Shown here in pieces: positions 19,465-29,506 of a DNA stretch of 64,000 nucleotides; the first letter of the stretch is position 1; each line of letters begins with the position of its first letter. The notes beneath the pieces are model-generated. The model searched no databases, was not told where the DNA came from, and was given only the letters and a program-made list of their open reading frames with translations. This DNA is from Thermoanaerobaculum aquaticum (GTDB lineage Bacteria; Acidobacteriota; UBA4820), in the NCBI GenBank assembly GCA_020722885.1, contig DYJZ01000001.1, positions 1,144 to 65,143 on the forward strand, read 5' to 3'. The position numbers were made by a program, and so were the translations under genes.

Positions 19465-20646
19465 CTATAAAATATTTTTGCTACCATCTTTTAAAACTTC
19501 ACCATACAAATCCAGTAATTTTGAAAAATCAACTTTTGCGTTGTAATATTTGAGGCAGGCCTCTCTACCTCTAATTCCCATTTTTAAAGATTCCTCTTTG
19601 TTGTTTAGTAAGGAATCTATTGCTTGATAAATAGAATTTGAATTTGTAGTGTCACAAAACACGCCACATTTATGATTTACAACTAATTCCCTGTGATTGG
19701 GACAATCTGGAACTATTATAGGAAGACCAGCTGCCATATATTCAAACATTTTGTTGGGCAAAGCTAACTGAACATTCTTTGAGGGCCAAAATAAGACAAG
19801 TCCAACCACAAATTCGTTCAGCTTTTGCAGAAAAATATTTCTTTCTATCCTTGGAAAAATCTCCAATCTTTGCAGGACATTTCTCTTTCTCCAATACTCA
19901 ATTAAATCTTTTTTGGTCTTTTCCCATCTAAATTCTCCTATCATACATACTTTTACATCATCATATTTTTTTGATAATTCCATAACAGCATCAGCAAGAT
20001 GAAATAAAGATCTTTGTTCCAAACTTCCAGAGTAGACTAATTTGTTATTTTTTTTATCGTAGGGAGAATTGGTCATTAAAGAAATAATATTTTCTGTATC
20101 AGGAAGGTTCCTTACCACAGCAGAAGGGATATTATAGTGCTTATATTTTTCAGATATCTGATTTGTAACATGAATTGTCCCAGATATCTTTTTCATAGCC
20201 TTCTTCTCAATAATATCATAAATAATGGACAACAAGGCACCGACAAATAATCCCGAGTTATTTCTTATAGTATTCCTGTAATCTTCATGGATGTCATATA
20301 TGCACTTAATTTTGTTTTTATGGCAATATTCAGGTATCAACAAAAGTAATTCTGGATCGTGCATATGGATTAAATCTGGCTTCAACAGGCTAATCTTTTC
20401 TTTAATTTTTCTTAAAACACCAATTCTTTTTGTTCTTCCTCGCGGAAGAGTTCCTTCATTAAATCCGATAAACTTGACTCCATCAATACATGCATCTGGT
20501 GCATCCGGCGCTAATACAATGACTTCCTTAAATAAATCCGCCAGAAGTTTTGCCTCTCGTAAAAATATCCTAGTGTCATTATAGTTATGTGCGGAAGTTA
20601 CATGAACAATTGTTCTGTCAATTTTTAAATTAGGAAAGTTTTCCAT
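19465..20646 (-). CDS. Glycosyltransferase, GT4 family
   Basis: GT-B architecture with a C-terminal Glycos_transf_1-like segment (...EYMAAGLPIIVPD...). Confidence 0.65.
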   Translation of the reverse strand: MENFPNLKIDRTIVHVTSAHNYNDTRIFLREAKLLADLFKEVIVLAPDAPDACIDGVKFIGFNEGTLPRGRTKRIGVLRKIKEKISLLKPDLIHMHDPELLLLIPEYCHKNKIKCIYDIHEDYRNTIRNNSGLFVGALLSIIYDIIEKKAMKKISGTIHVTNQISEKYKHYNIPSAVVRNLPDTENIISLMTNSPYDKKNNKLVYSGSLEQRSLFHLADAVMELSKKYDDVKVCMIGEFRWEKTKKDLIEYWRKRNVLQRLEIFPRIERNIFLQKLNEFVVGLVLFWPSKNVQLALPNKMFEYMAAGLPIIVPDCPNHRELVVNHKCGVFCDTTNSNSIYQAIDSLLNNKEESLKMGIRGREACLKYYNAKVDFSKLLDLYGEVLKDGSKNIL

Positions 20647-20660
20647 TGTTTTGCCATTAT

Positions 20661-21821
20661 TTAGGAATAATATTTAATTTTTTTACCTCGCCGCTTTTCC
20701 AATATTCTTTGTATTTTCTTGACAACATTATATAACACTAGATCAGATGGAAAATCTGTTTGTTCTCTTTTTGGAGCTTTCATATAAAGATAAAACTCTT
20801 CTTCAGAAATACCTAATTTTTTAATAATATATTGAGTATCTCTTTTTAACTCCATTTTATCGTATAATGGTTCTTTTAGTTCTTTTAGCGCTTCTTCTCT
20901 AGTTATCTGTCCAGACAAAATCTGACTTGATAAATGAGGTCTTCTTTTATCATAGCCATATCTTTCAGGTAAATAGTATCTCTGAAAAAACTTAGTAAAG
21001 ATCGATTCACAATGTTTACTGCCGTATTCTTTAAAACCAATTTGCCTCAATTCCTCTAATGCTTTCTTTCTGTCGTAACATAAATAATTTAAAGGTCTTA
21101 CTACTTTCATTCCTTTTACAAATGGATAATAAAAATAGTATTTTAGAAGTGAAATAATTGGAATTTTTTTTAGTTCACTACTTCCATAATTTTTGTGAAT
21201 TGCCTTTAAATTTTTTCCGTCCATTGCAGTATAATGCCACGACTGAGGGAAAATTGCCTCCGTTGCCAAATTGCCTCCACTCATAATATACTTTATCGAA
21301 TTATCAGTAGCAAAGTTGTAGAGTGCCGCAAAAAAAACATGGTCTTGCGGAACATCTTGATTAGCAACACCACTTTTTAAATAGGCAAGCTGAAGGTCTT
21401 TCATTTCTTCCCAATCCATCACCAAGGTGTGTAACTCCCACTTGCACCAATCAACAATTTTTTTTATGTTGTTAACTGCAATTTCACTGTTCCAGCCAGC
21501 ATCTACATGAATTACAAGAGGTTTTAGACCAAACTCCTTAACCTTCAAAGCCATAAAACTGCTGTCGACACCTCCGCTTAACCCAATAATACAATCATAT
21601 TCGTTTTTCTTACTTTCTTTTTTGATTTTATCTACAATTTGAGTTAATTTATTTTTCAAGATTTCCTTATCTTCCATAAGAATTGGTTTAACCTCTCTGT
21701 CAAAATAATGACAGTGCGAACAAACACCGTTTTCATCAAATGAAATCTGAGGGTCAGAAGTATCCATAACACATCTTTTACATTCCTGATAATTATTGTT
21801 TGTCGGCCTGAAAAAGTGCAT
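20661..21821 (-). CDS. N-acetyl sugar amidotransferase (WbuX/PseA-type PP-loop ATP pyrophosphatase)
   Basis: N-terminal CxxC...CxxC zinc ribbon followed by the PP-loop SGGVDSS. Genetically linked to HisH/HisF paralogs, as in the wbuXYZ clusters. Confidence 0.8.
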   Translation of the reverse strand: MHFFRPTNNNYQECKRCVMDTSDPQISFDENGVCSHCHYFDREVKPILMEDKEILKNKLTQIVDKIKKESKKNEYDCIIGLSGGVDSSFMALKVKEFGLKPLVIHVDAGWNSEIAVNNIKKIVDWCKWELHTLVMDWEEMKDLQLAYLKSGVANQDVPQDHVFFAALYNFATDNSIKYIMSGGNLATEAIFPQSWHYTAMDGKNLKAIHKNYGSSELKKIPIISLLKYYFYYPFVKGMKVVRPLNYLCYDRKKALEELRQIGFKEYGSKHCESIFTKFFQRYYLPERYGYDKRRPHLSSQILSGQITREEALKELKEPLYDKMELKRDTQYIIKKLGISEEEFYLYMKAPKREQTDFPSDLVLYNVVKKIQRILEKRRGKKIKYYS

Positions 21822-22587
21822 TTATCTCCTCCTCAGCTGGATAATTTATCAGAACAGCATTCCTTTTACCATAAAAAACAAAAAGGCTACCAGCGGCAGC
21901 TGCTGAAGCACCATAATATTTTATAACATTTTTCATGTCAAGAAGATCTCTTGCTCCCCCTAACGCTACAAGTGGTATTTTTATTTTATCTGAAATCTTT
22001 TTGATGAACTCAAAGTCGTACCCTTCTTTTGTCCCATCTTTAGAAATAGAGTTTAGAATAATTTCTCCAACTCCATAATCTGTAAGTTTTTTTACCATTT
22101 CTAATACCGTTATGCCAGAGCATTTTCTCCCATTATGAGTATATACTATTTTGCCTTCTTTTTTAAAGATCTTTGATTTATAATCCAAAGTTACAACTAT
22201 CGCCTGACTTCCAAAAATTCTACAAGCATCTTTGACAAAATGAGGATTATAAACCGCCTGATGGGAGATTGAGACTTTTTCTACTCCCAACCTGAACAAT
22301 CGCTCCATTTCCTGAATTCTCTTGACCCCTCCCCCATAACATACAGGAATAAATGCTTCCCCTACAATGTCCATAATAAATTTATAATTGGGTTCTCTAT
22401 TTTCCACCGTGGCATCAATGTCATAAATTACTATTTCATCAACTTCTTTTTGATTGAATATTTTAATAGTATTAATAGGATCACCCACATAAACAGGATT
22501 GCGAAACTTCTTAGTTTTTACAAAACCTCTTTTGTGAATAAGCAATGCAGGAATTAATCTTCCTCTTAACATTATTTTAGTTCCCAA
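21793..22587 (-). CDS. Imidazole-glycerol-phosphate-synthase cyclase-subunit paralog (HisF-like, WbuZ-type)
   Basis: (beta/alpha)8 HisF-like motifs (...DELVIYDI..., ...LGGARDLLD..., C-terminal ...AAAAGSLFVF). Confidence 0.8.
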   Translation of the reverse strand: MGTKIMLRGRLIPALLIHKRGFVKTKKFRNPVYVGDPINTIKIFNQKEVDEIVIYDIDATVENREPNYKFIMDIVGEAFIPVCYGGGVKRIQEMERLFRLGVEKVSISHQAVYNPHFVKDACRIFGSQAIVVTLDYKSKIFKKEGKIVYTHNGRKCSGITVLEMVKKLTDYGVGEIILNSISKDGTKEGYDFEFIKKISDKIKIPLVALGGARDLLDMKNVIKYYGASAAAAGSLFVFYGKRNAVLINYPAEEEINALFQADKQ

Positions 22588-23225
22588 AAGTTCTTAATCA
22601 TCTGCATTCCAAAAATATGACTTTTTTCTGGATGAAACTGAACTCCAATAATATTATCCTGAATGACAACAGAGACAAAATTATATCCATAGTTTGTCAA
22701 ACCGTACTCACAATCTGCTCCTTCACATTCCATATGATAAGAATGAACAAAATAAAACCTCATTGGATGTTTGATATTTGAAAATATCCTATGAGTTTTT
22801 ATTTCGTTTACCACATTCCATCCCATATGAGGAATTTTCAACCCATTCATAACTGACTCTTTTTCTCTGAACCTTACAACTCTTTTAGCAAGCCAAGAAA
22901 AACCCTTTAGAGAACCTTCTTCGCTTGATATTCCCATCAATTGCATCCCCAAACAAATTCCAAGAATCATTTTTCCTTTTTTCAAAACTTGCTCTTCTAA
23001 AACCTCACGAAAGCCATAAGCCTCAATGTTTCTAACGCCGGCATTAAATGCTCCTACTCCGGGAAGAATGTATTTATCTGCATTAATTATATCCTCTTCC
23101 CTCAAGGCTACAATGGCATTTGCTCCGATATTCTCAAGCATATTAATAACTGACCGAATATTCCCCAAACCATAATCAATAACTGCTATGTTTCTTTTCA
23201 TTCTTATCCATTTCTTTAATAACAA
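22572..23225 (-). CDS. Class I glutamine amidotransferase, HisH-like (WbuY-type)
   Basis: N-terminal IAVIDYGLGNIRSV. Catalytic GICLGMQ (Cys nucleophile) and a C-terminal His-containing triad region (GVQFHPEKS). Confidence 0.8.
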   Translation of the reverse strand: MLLKKWIRMKRNIAVIDYGLGNIRSVINMLENIGANAIVALREEDIINADKYILPGVGAFNAGVRNIEAYGFREVLEEQVLKKGKMILGICLGMQLMGISSEEGSLKGFSWLAKRVVRFREKESVMNGLKIPHMGWNVVNEIKTHRIFSNIKHPMRFYFVHSYHMECEGADCEYGLTNYGYNFVSVVIQDNIIGVQFHPEKSHIFGMQMIKNFWELK

Positions 23226-23258
23226 TCAATTTAAATATTGAGGCATATTTTTTATAAC

Positions 23259-24515
23259 TCACAGTTTTTCCAGAAATTCTGCAAATTTCGTATAATTTGA
23301 TTCCGCATCGGCTTCTCTAAAGAAGATCTCTATACTTTTATTCTTCATTGAGTTCAAAATTTGAGGATTTTTCCTTAAAAATAAAATTTTTTCGGCAATT
23401 TCTTTGGGGCAAACGTTAACTGGAAACAAAAACCCATTTTCTCCATTTTCAACCAATTCACTAACTCCTCCAACATTTGAACAAATAATTGGTAAACCAA
23501 CACTCAACGCCTCCATTATGGAAACGGGTCTACCCTCAGTTTCACTTAAAAGGATAAAAATATCTACTGGATTGGACTGATAATACTTGATTACTTCAAA
23601 ATTTTCCAACTCTCCCAGAAAGTTAATTTTAACATTTGAAGGACATTTATTTTTTACTAATTCCAAGAGAGAATTTTTCAATGGTCCATCTCCAATATGT
23701 GTCCATTCCCACTTAAGTTCTCTTGTATAATTCCCGAGAATCTCCATTGTCTGTATTATCAAATGAACTCTTTTTAATGGAACTAAAAAAGAACATGAAA
23801 CAATTCTAAAAACATCATCTCTTGAAAAATTAGAATATGCTTTTGCCTTCTTAACCCCCATAGGAAAATATTCAAATTTCTCAGCAAAAATTGGATACTT
23901 TTTAGTTAAATATTCCTTCCCATTTTTGGATATTAAAATTACTTTATCAAGCCACTGCAAAGATAACTTTCTATAAGGGATATAATTTTTTTTCTGCCTA
24001 TATTCATAAAGATCAAAACCATGAGCCCTTGCAATCGCAACAACCTGGTTTTTATTATCTTTTTTAAGCAATGCTATGGCAACTGCAGGGAATGTAAGCC
24101 AATAGGAATAAAAAATAATTTTTTTATAGCGGTTTAAGCATTTTCTTAATATCCCCTCTTTCTCCATCCATTTTTTCAAACTAATTGTATACACAGACAT
24201 AATTAGTAGGTTTTTCAAGCATTCAACACAAAACATTATCCTCAAATTTGAAAAAAATTCTTTTAAAAAAAAAGACCAGAAACTTGAGCTTGCAAGTACT
24301 TTTAAAATCATTATGTTTTTTTTTGATGTTAATTTTGAAAATTCTTTGTCTACAACTATCCCTTCTGGTAACACCTTTTCTTTTCCCCCCTTTCTCATTG
24401 GAATTATAGTTACTTCAAACTTCTTTTTAAGAACTTCCAATTCAGGGATAAGAAAGGAATCTTCTTTAGCTTTATCAAAAGGAAAAGATGATGTAAAGAT
24501 AAATATTTTCTTCAT
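23259..24515 (-). CDS. Glycosyltransferase, GT4 family
   Basis: C-terminal ...ETEGRPVSIMEALSVGLPIICSNVGG... matches the Glycos_transf_1 EX7E region. Confidence 0.7.
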   Translation of the reverse strand: MKKIFIFTSSFPFDKAKEDSFLIPELEVLKKKFEVTIIPMRKGGKEKVLPEGIVVDKEFSKLTSKKNIMILKVLASSSFWSFFLKEFFSNLRIMFCVECLKNLLIMSVYTISLKKWMEKEGILRKCLNRYKKIIFYSYWLTFPAVAIALLKKDNKNQVVAIARAHGFDLYEYRQKKNYIPYRKLSLQWLDKVILISKNGKEYLTKKYPIFAEKFEYFPMGVKKAKAYSNFSRDDVFRIVSCSFLVPLKRVHLIIQTMEILGNYTRELKWEWTHIGDGPLKNSLLELVKNKCPSNVKINFLGELENFEVIKYYQSNPVDIFILLSETEGRPVSIMEALSVGLPIICSNVGGVSELVENGENGFLFPVNVCPKEIAEKILFLRKNPQILNSMKNKSIEIFFREADAESNYTKFAEFLEKL

Positions 24516-25747
24516 TATCTACGAAGTCTTAGATTTCTTGCTGCACAAATAGAAAGAACAAACCAAGTGGCTTTAATATATAACATAGTTAAGTCCAAAC
24601 TTGCCACAAAAACTACCACCCATAAAGAAAAAGGAATACTTTTTAAACTTTCTTTTCTTTTATTGAACGCTGCCTTCCCACACAGAATAAAAGCAATCCA
24701 ATATGGCAAACCACCTATAAAACCAACTTCGTGAACAACCCAGATAAATGAATTGTGTGGATCTCTTTGCTCCCTCTGAGTTCTTCCCCCAAGTACATAT
24801 AAATGTTCACCTAAACCCCATCCCAAAAATGGTTTCTCTTTCATCATTCTGATAGATTCCGGAAAGAACTTTTCTCTTGAGCTCATATTCCCTTCTTCAA
24901 TTGTTGCCTGCCATCTCTTGCTCATATAAGGGTGAAAATAGGAGTAAATAACAAAAGACAAAGCTAAAACCATAAACAAACCTAACGCCTTCTTTTTAAT
25001 TTTCCTGTCGGCATAATTTCTTGTAAAAAAATAGGAACAAAGTCCTAAAAATACTGCTATTTGTCCACCTCTTGATTGTGTTTGCATTATAACATAAAAC
25101 ATATATAAACCAAGCAATGAAAAGAACTTGCTTAAACGTCTCGTCTGCTCATATTTAGAAACCAATACATCCAAAAAATAAATTAAAGCAATGCCTGCTT
25201 TTACTGCAAATCCATTAGGATCGGCCTCCCCTAATGTGGCTCTTTGCTCATAGGTTTCAATGGCAGTTTCTGAAAAGAAACCAGGAACTTTTAAATATGA
25301 CAGAGTAATACAAAAAGTTAAAGAATAGGAATAAAAAGCCAAAGCACCCCTAACTAATTGTTTATATGACAACAGAATTCCGCAAAGCCAAAAGAAAATT
25401 AATAACTGTCCTAACTGAATTACTCTTTTTTGCCAAACGCTGAATAAACTGGGATTTAACCACTGAATACTTAACAAAACTACAGAATAATATAAAGAAA
25501 AAAACCAGAATGGTCTTCTTGGCATTTCAAGAAATAATTTCCCTCTTGCTCCAATTACTATAATGAAAATAAGTCCAAGAATTTGAGATATTGAATAATT
25601 TTCAATTAATGGAAAAGTTTCTATTGGAATCGAAGCAATAAACAAATAAAAAGCAAGCCTTACATCAAGTGCAATTGGCAATTCTGAGGCAAAAGTATGG
25701 GACTTTACAGGGATGTTAGTTTTCTCAATTCTTAATGTTTCTCTCAT
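24515..25747 (-). CDS. Wzy-type O-antigen/oligosaccharide-repeat polymerase (O-antigen ligase/Wzy_C family)
   Basis: About 10-12 TM helices with a large periplasmic loop containing ...RDPHNSFIWVVHEVGFIGGL..., the Wzy_C-like signature. Confidence 0.65.
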   Translation of the reverse strand: MRETLRIEKTNIPVKSHTFASELPIALDVRLAFYLFIASIPIETFPLIENYSISQILGLIFIIVIGARGKLFLEMPRRPFWFFSLYYSVVLLSIQWLNPSLFSVWQKRVIQLGQLLIFFWLCGILLSYKQLVRGALAFYSYSLTFCITLSYLKVPGFFSETAIETYEQRATLGEADPNGFAVKAGIALIYFLDVLVSKYEQTRRLSKFFSLLGLYMFYVIMQTQSRGGQIAVFLGLCSYFFTRNYADRKIKKKALGLFMVLALSFVIYSYFHPYMSKRWQATIEEGNMSSREKFFPESIRMMKEKPFLGWGLGEHLYVLGGRTQREQRDPHNSFIWVVHEVGFIGGLPYWIAFILCGKAAFNKRKESLKSIPFSLWVVVFVASLDLTMLYIKATWFVLSICAARNLRLRR

Positions 25748-25783
25748 TTGTTAAACACCCTTGTAGAAACAAAATAAAAATTA

Positions 25784-26419
25784 TTAACTATTAGAAGAGT
25801 TTTGATTCTCATTCATAACCTCCTCAAGAAAAGCATCTATTTGGGGACTTGACAGGAAATGAACCCAATTTTTTATCTTTTTCTCCTCCCAGTTCCACCA
25901 CTGTATTTTTAAAAGTTTTTTTATTACCTCATCACTAAATCTCGATCTGATTTTTTTTGCTGGAACTCCCCCATAAATCGAGTAGGGATCTACATCTTTT
26001 GTCACAACCGAACCTGCGCAGATAACTGCACCATCTCCTATCTTGACACCTGACAGGATTGTAACATTTGAACCTATCCAGACATCATTGCCAACCACAA
26101 TGTCTCCTTTAGTAGTCGGCATACCATCTTCCTCTCTGCCGGGAAGATTCCATTGCGCCCTGAAAGGATAGGTGGATATCCAGTGCGTTGGATGAATGCC
26201 ACCTGAAATGAAAATACAGTTAGGTCCTATAGAACAAAATTTTCCTATTATAACTTTAGCCTCGCTTCCTTTAAAAACATAAACATCAGGCATTCCATAT
26301 GAATGTTTCCCCATAATTAAAAAACCCTTTTTAATGTTCTTCTTAAAAAGATAATATTTATTTTGTTTTAACAAAAACTGATAGAATTCATAAAATATTT
26401 TTTGAAAAAATTTTTTCAT
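25784..26419 (-). CDS. Hexapeptide-repeat acetyltransferase (sugar O-acetyltransferase, CatB/Mac-like)
   Basis: Left-handed beta-helix repeats ending ...[24 protein letters not shown]. Confidence 0.7.
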   Translation of the reverse strand: MKKFFQKIFYEFYQFLLKQNKYYLFKKNIKKGFLIMGKHSYGMPDVYVFKGSEAKVIIGKFCSIGPNCIFISGGIHPTHWISTYPFRAQWNLPGREEDGMPTTKGDIVVGNDVWIGSNVTILSGVKIGDGAVICAGSVVTKDVDPYSIYGGVPAKKIRSRFSDEVIKKLLKIQWWNWEEKKIKNWVHFLSSPQIDAFLEEVMNENQNSSNS

Positions 26420-26452
26420 TTTAAAAAACCTCTAAGTGATATTCATCACAAT

Positions 26453-27799
26453 TTAATAAAAATTTTTAATGAAATCTATTGCTTTGTTAGTAGCAGTTCC
26501 TCGATTGACAATTGCCTCTGAAAGAAACACTTCCTGTCTTTCAAGAAACTTTTTTCTTTCTATGCTATCACCTCCTATTTCTTTTACAATATCTTTTATG
26601 TTATCACGATTTACATAAATCCCTCCACCTAAAAGTGGAATATCAGGAAAAGGATTCTCTTTCGCTCCCTCCTGCCACCCAACCGGTACACCTAAAAGCA
26701 TTGCCTCTAAAGAAGCCGTCGATGCGTTTGTATAAACAAAATCACAGTTAAATAAAAGTCTGTGAAAATCTTCATTAATATAAGCAAATTTAACCTTACT
26801 CATTAGTTCGCCCCCTAAAAACCTGTTATAAATTTTTTCATCAGCCTCTGCAGGATGTTTCTTTATTACCACCTCTATCCCGCTTTTGAGCATCTTTTTA
26901 AGTGTTTCAAAGAACAATTCAATACTTTCAGGATAAAGATTAAAAATGTGAACACCTGAAATAGCCAGAACAACAGGCTTTTTTTCTATCCCATATTTTT
27001 TAAAAAAATTGGGATCCCTCTTATCTTTTTTTATTTTTTCAATCACATCAAACCTCGGACATCCTATTGAAATTGACCTTTCAACTGGATGTCCATATTC
27101 CTCCGCCTTTTTGGAAAAATAGGGACCCCAATCAAAGTGATATTTTGAATGTATTGGAAAAAGTCTGTTATTAAAAAAACCGTGCTGCAAAATGGCACTT
27201 TCATTTGTTCCAAGAAAAAAACCTTTCCTGAACGCTTCTTCATCTGAATCAGCAAGGACAAATCTTGCTTCACATCTTTCTGCAAATTTTTTTGCCATAA
27301 GACCTACATAAATCCAGTTGTATTCTACATCAATCGATCCATTTAATCTTCTTTCAATTTCATTTGCAAGATCCACAGCTTTTCTTTTAATCTTCTTAAC
27401 AGTTTTAGAATCAAAAAATTTGGAAAACATAATATTGTCTATTTCGCATATATTCCCTTTATAATCATTTATAAGAGACCATGTACTTCTACTAACAATT
27501 AAATAAGGCTTAATATCTGTTTCCGATAAACCTTTAATAACCGGCATTAAGCTTCCTGATGTGGAAGGAGTTGAAGAATATATTAAAATAACTATTTCCT
27601 TTTTTCCCGGTAAAATTATTTTCTTTCTGCCATAAATTATTTTTTTTACAAAATCCTTTATAAACCTAAATTCATTTTTGCTCCTTTTTTCACCTTTTCT
27701 AATGTGATATCTCCAGGCACTGATGACTGGTTCTTCCTTTTCTAAATCTTTAATGAAAGGTGAAATTCTATCTATTTCTTCAACTGTAAGAAGTGCCAT
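26453..27799 (-). CDS. Hypothetical GT-B-like transferase; candidate nonulosonic-acid (sialyl-like) or TagF/Capsule_synth-type transferase
   Basis: 448 aa with two Rossmann-like halves. Acidic D/E-D/E-G-like segment (DSDEEAFRKG). His-Pro dipeptide in ...VVIKKHPAEAD..., reminiscent of bacterial GT-B sialyltransferase HP motifs. Weak assignment without a database search. Confidence 0.35.
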   Translation of the reverse strand: MALLTVEEIDRISPFIKDLEKEEPVISAWRYHIRKGEKRSKNEFRFIKDFVKKIIYGRKKIILPGKKEIVILIYSSTPSTSGSLMPVIKGLSETDIKPYLIVSRSTWSLINDYKGNICEIDNIMFSKFFDSKTVKKIKRKAVDLANEIERRLNGSIDVEYNWIYVGLMAKKFAERCEARFVLADSDEEAFRKGFFLGTNESAILQHGFFNNRLFPIHSKYHFDWGPYFSKKAEEYGHPVERSISIGCPRFDVIEKIKKDKRDPNFFKKYGIEKKPVVLAISGVHIFNLYPESIELFFETLKKMLKSGIEVVIKKHPAEADEKIYNRFLGGELMSKVKFAYINEDFHRLLFNCDFVYTNASTASLEAMLLGVPVGWQEGAKENPFPDIPLLGGGIYVNRDNIKDIVKEIGGDSIERKKFLERQEVFLSEAIVNRGTATNKAIDFIKNFY

Positions 27800-28752
27800 T
27801 AAACTTTGTAAATCTCCTTTATTAACTCCATAGTGTAAATTGCCTCATCAAGAATGGGAACTTCGCAGGTTTCAAAATTTATTAGTTTTACCATTTCTTC
27901 AGCCTGTTTCCTGAAACCTGGTTTAAAATTTTTATCCCAGATATTTACCTTCATCTCTACGGATTTTTCAAATCTCTTCTGGATTCTTCCTTCTTATAGT
28001 GGTCTTAGTTCAAACCTTATATCAGGTAAATGGACAGTAATAGCCCAGGGCCCTGGTTCATTCCAGAAGGCATGATAAATTCCTAAATCACCAGAATTAA
28101 ACTCAATATGGCTTTCAATAAAACAGGGTTTATTGAAATCAAGACTTCCAGATGTTTTAATTATTTTAAAATTTCCCCTTGCAAAGATTCCGAAATAGTC
28201 GAGGATGTGAATTGAATTTGCATACATCCACCTTTCAACCACCTCTTTCGGCTTTCCCATTGACAGAGCCCTTTCAGGATCTTCCTGATCTTGAGCAAAT
28301 ATCATTCTTTTTCCATCAATTTTCTCTAACTCCTTTTTAACAAACCCGGTCACTGAATAGCTACTTCTATTTAAGGCTACTCTAATCTTTTTATTCTTTT
28401 TGTTTGCAATATCCCTGATTTCTTTAGCATTCTCAACAGAAAGTGCTGGCGGTTTTTCACATAGGATTTCCCAGTCATAATCAAGGCATTTTATTATTGT
28501 TTGTGGCATACTCATTTCGTTAACGGCGATTACTACTATGTTTGCTCTTGTTTTGTCCCATAATTCCTAAAGGGTATCACAAACATTCAATATGTTATAT
28601 TTAGTCGCAAGACTTTCAGCCTTTTCTCTCGTTCTGCTGAATATCCCTGTAATTTCAACTTCTTCAATATCTCTAAATGCTTTCAAATGTTCATTTGCCG
28701 TATAACCTGCCCCGATAAGTGCCACTTTGATCTTCTCATTACAGTTTTCCAT
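27797..28752 (-). pseudogene. Gfo/Idh/MocA-family NAD(P)-dependent oxidoreductase interrupted by two in-frame nonsense codons (TAG at 28567-28569, TAA at about 27994-27996)
   Basis: The three segments (61 aa; 17 codons + 173 aa; 63 codons) are all in one frame. Read straight through they give a typical 315-aa Gfo/Idh/MocA protein (KVALIGAGYTANEHL...NVCDTL*ELWDKTRANIVVIAVNEMSMPQTIIKCLDYDWEILCEKP...ELRPL*EGRIQKRFEKSVEMKVNIWDK...PILDEAIYTMELIKEIYKV). The final TAA overlaps the ATG of the downstream gene (TAATG). Coordinates near 27800-28000 may be off by 1. Confidence 0.6.
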
Positions 28753-29506
28753 TAATTCTCCTCACGAAAAAAATCTACCACCATTTTTGCAACAATTTCA
28801 GCGTAAAGAAGATGTCCAGTAAAAGTTATATGATGACCATCGTTTGCGTTTATCAATTCATTCAAGTCGGATGACTTTACCTTTATTGCTCTGTTTATAT
28901 CCACCAGTTTGATTCGATTGCTACCTGATAAGGAAACAACTTCTTCGATCAGCTTGTTGTACTGTTCGATCGACCTGGAAAACCCAGGCGAATGGTCTTC
29001 AATCTTTTGATTGGTGGGCGCAATATTGATGATTAGGACCATATCGCTTGATACAGAAGCTTCTTTAATCCAGGTCATCAGGATTTTCTTAAACTTTGAA
29101 GGAGATGTAAGCCTTGTCCCGAAGCCTGCTTTTAAAATGAGCGCCCTGTTGTTATGAAGACATTTCACGACGGGTTTTCTCACGATCTCCGGTAAGTATC
29201 CCAAAATCCGCCTCATAAACGACGGTAGCGGCCTCGGAGCGCAGTCCACAACCCCACACTGGATGACGACAATCCCACTTCTCCGAGGTAATCCCTGTCT
29301 TCCCTGAACTGCCTGCTAAGCCTTTCAACCGTGGCACCTCCGAAAAACCTGTTATAGACCTGTACGCTCTTTCCGAGAATTGACTCTATTTCTCTTGCTA
29401 CCAAAAAACAGTATTCCTCTCCGTACCCGATTCCTTCAAACGGTCTTGGAAGGCTCAGGGAATCCCCGTAAATTTTCAGGGCGATTGGTCTTTCAAAATT
29501 TCTCAT
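28752..29506 (-). pseudogene. SGNH/GDSL-family hydrolase split by a frameshift (candidate glycan O-acetyl esterase/acyltransferase)
   Basis: Upstream ORF (29213-29506) carries block I ...IYGDSLS. Downstream ORF (28752-29249) carries block V ...NDGHH. The two overlap in different frames at 29213-29249, inside a GC-rich patch (about 50% against a locus average near one-third). Confidence 0.5.

Noticed and set aside
27797-28752. Possibility that in-frame TAG/TAA codons reflect a reassigned genetic code.
   Set aside because: The same codons terminate neighbouring genes with tidy, operon-like boundaries (wzc ends in TAG 49 nt before the next start; the interrupted gene itself ends with a TAATG overlap). 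Global reassignment is therefore unlikely. Local nonsense mutations or base-call errors are the simpler explanation.
29152-29337. 61-aa minus-strand ORF overlapping the SGNH hydrolase fragments.
   Set aside because: A third-frame overlap inside the GC-rich patch. It is explained by the frameshifted SGNH gene and has no independent support.
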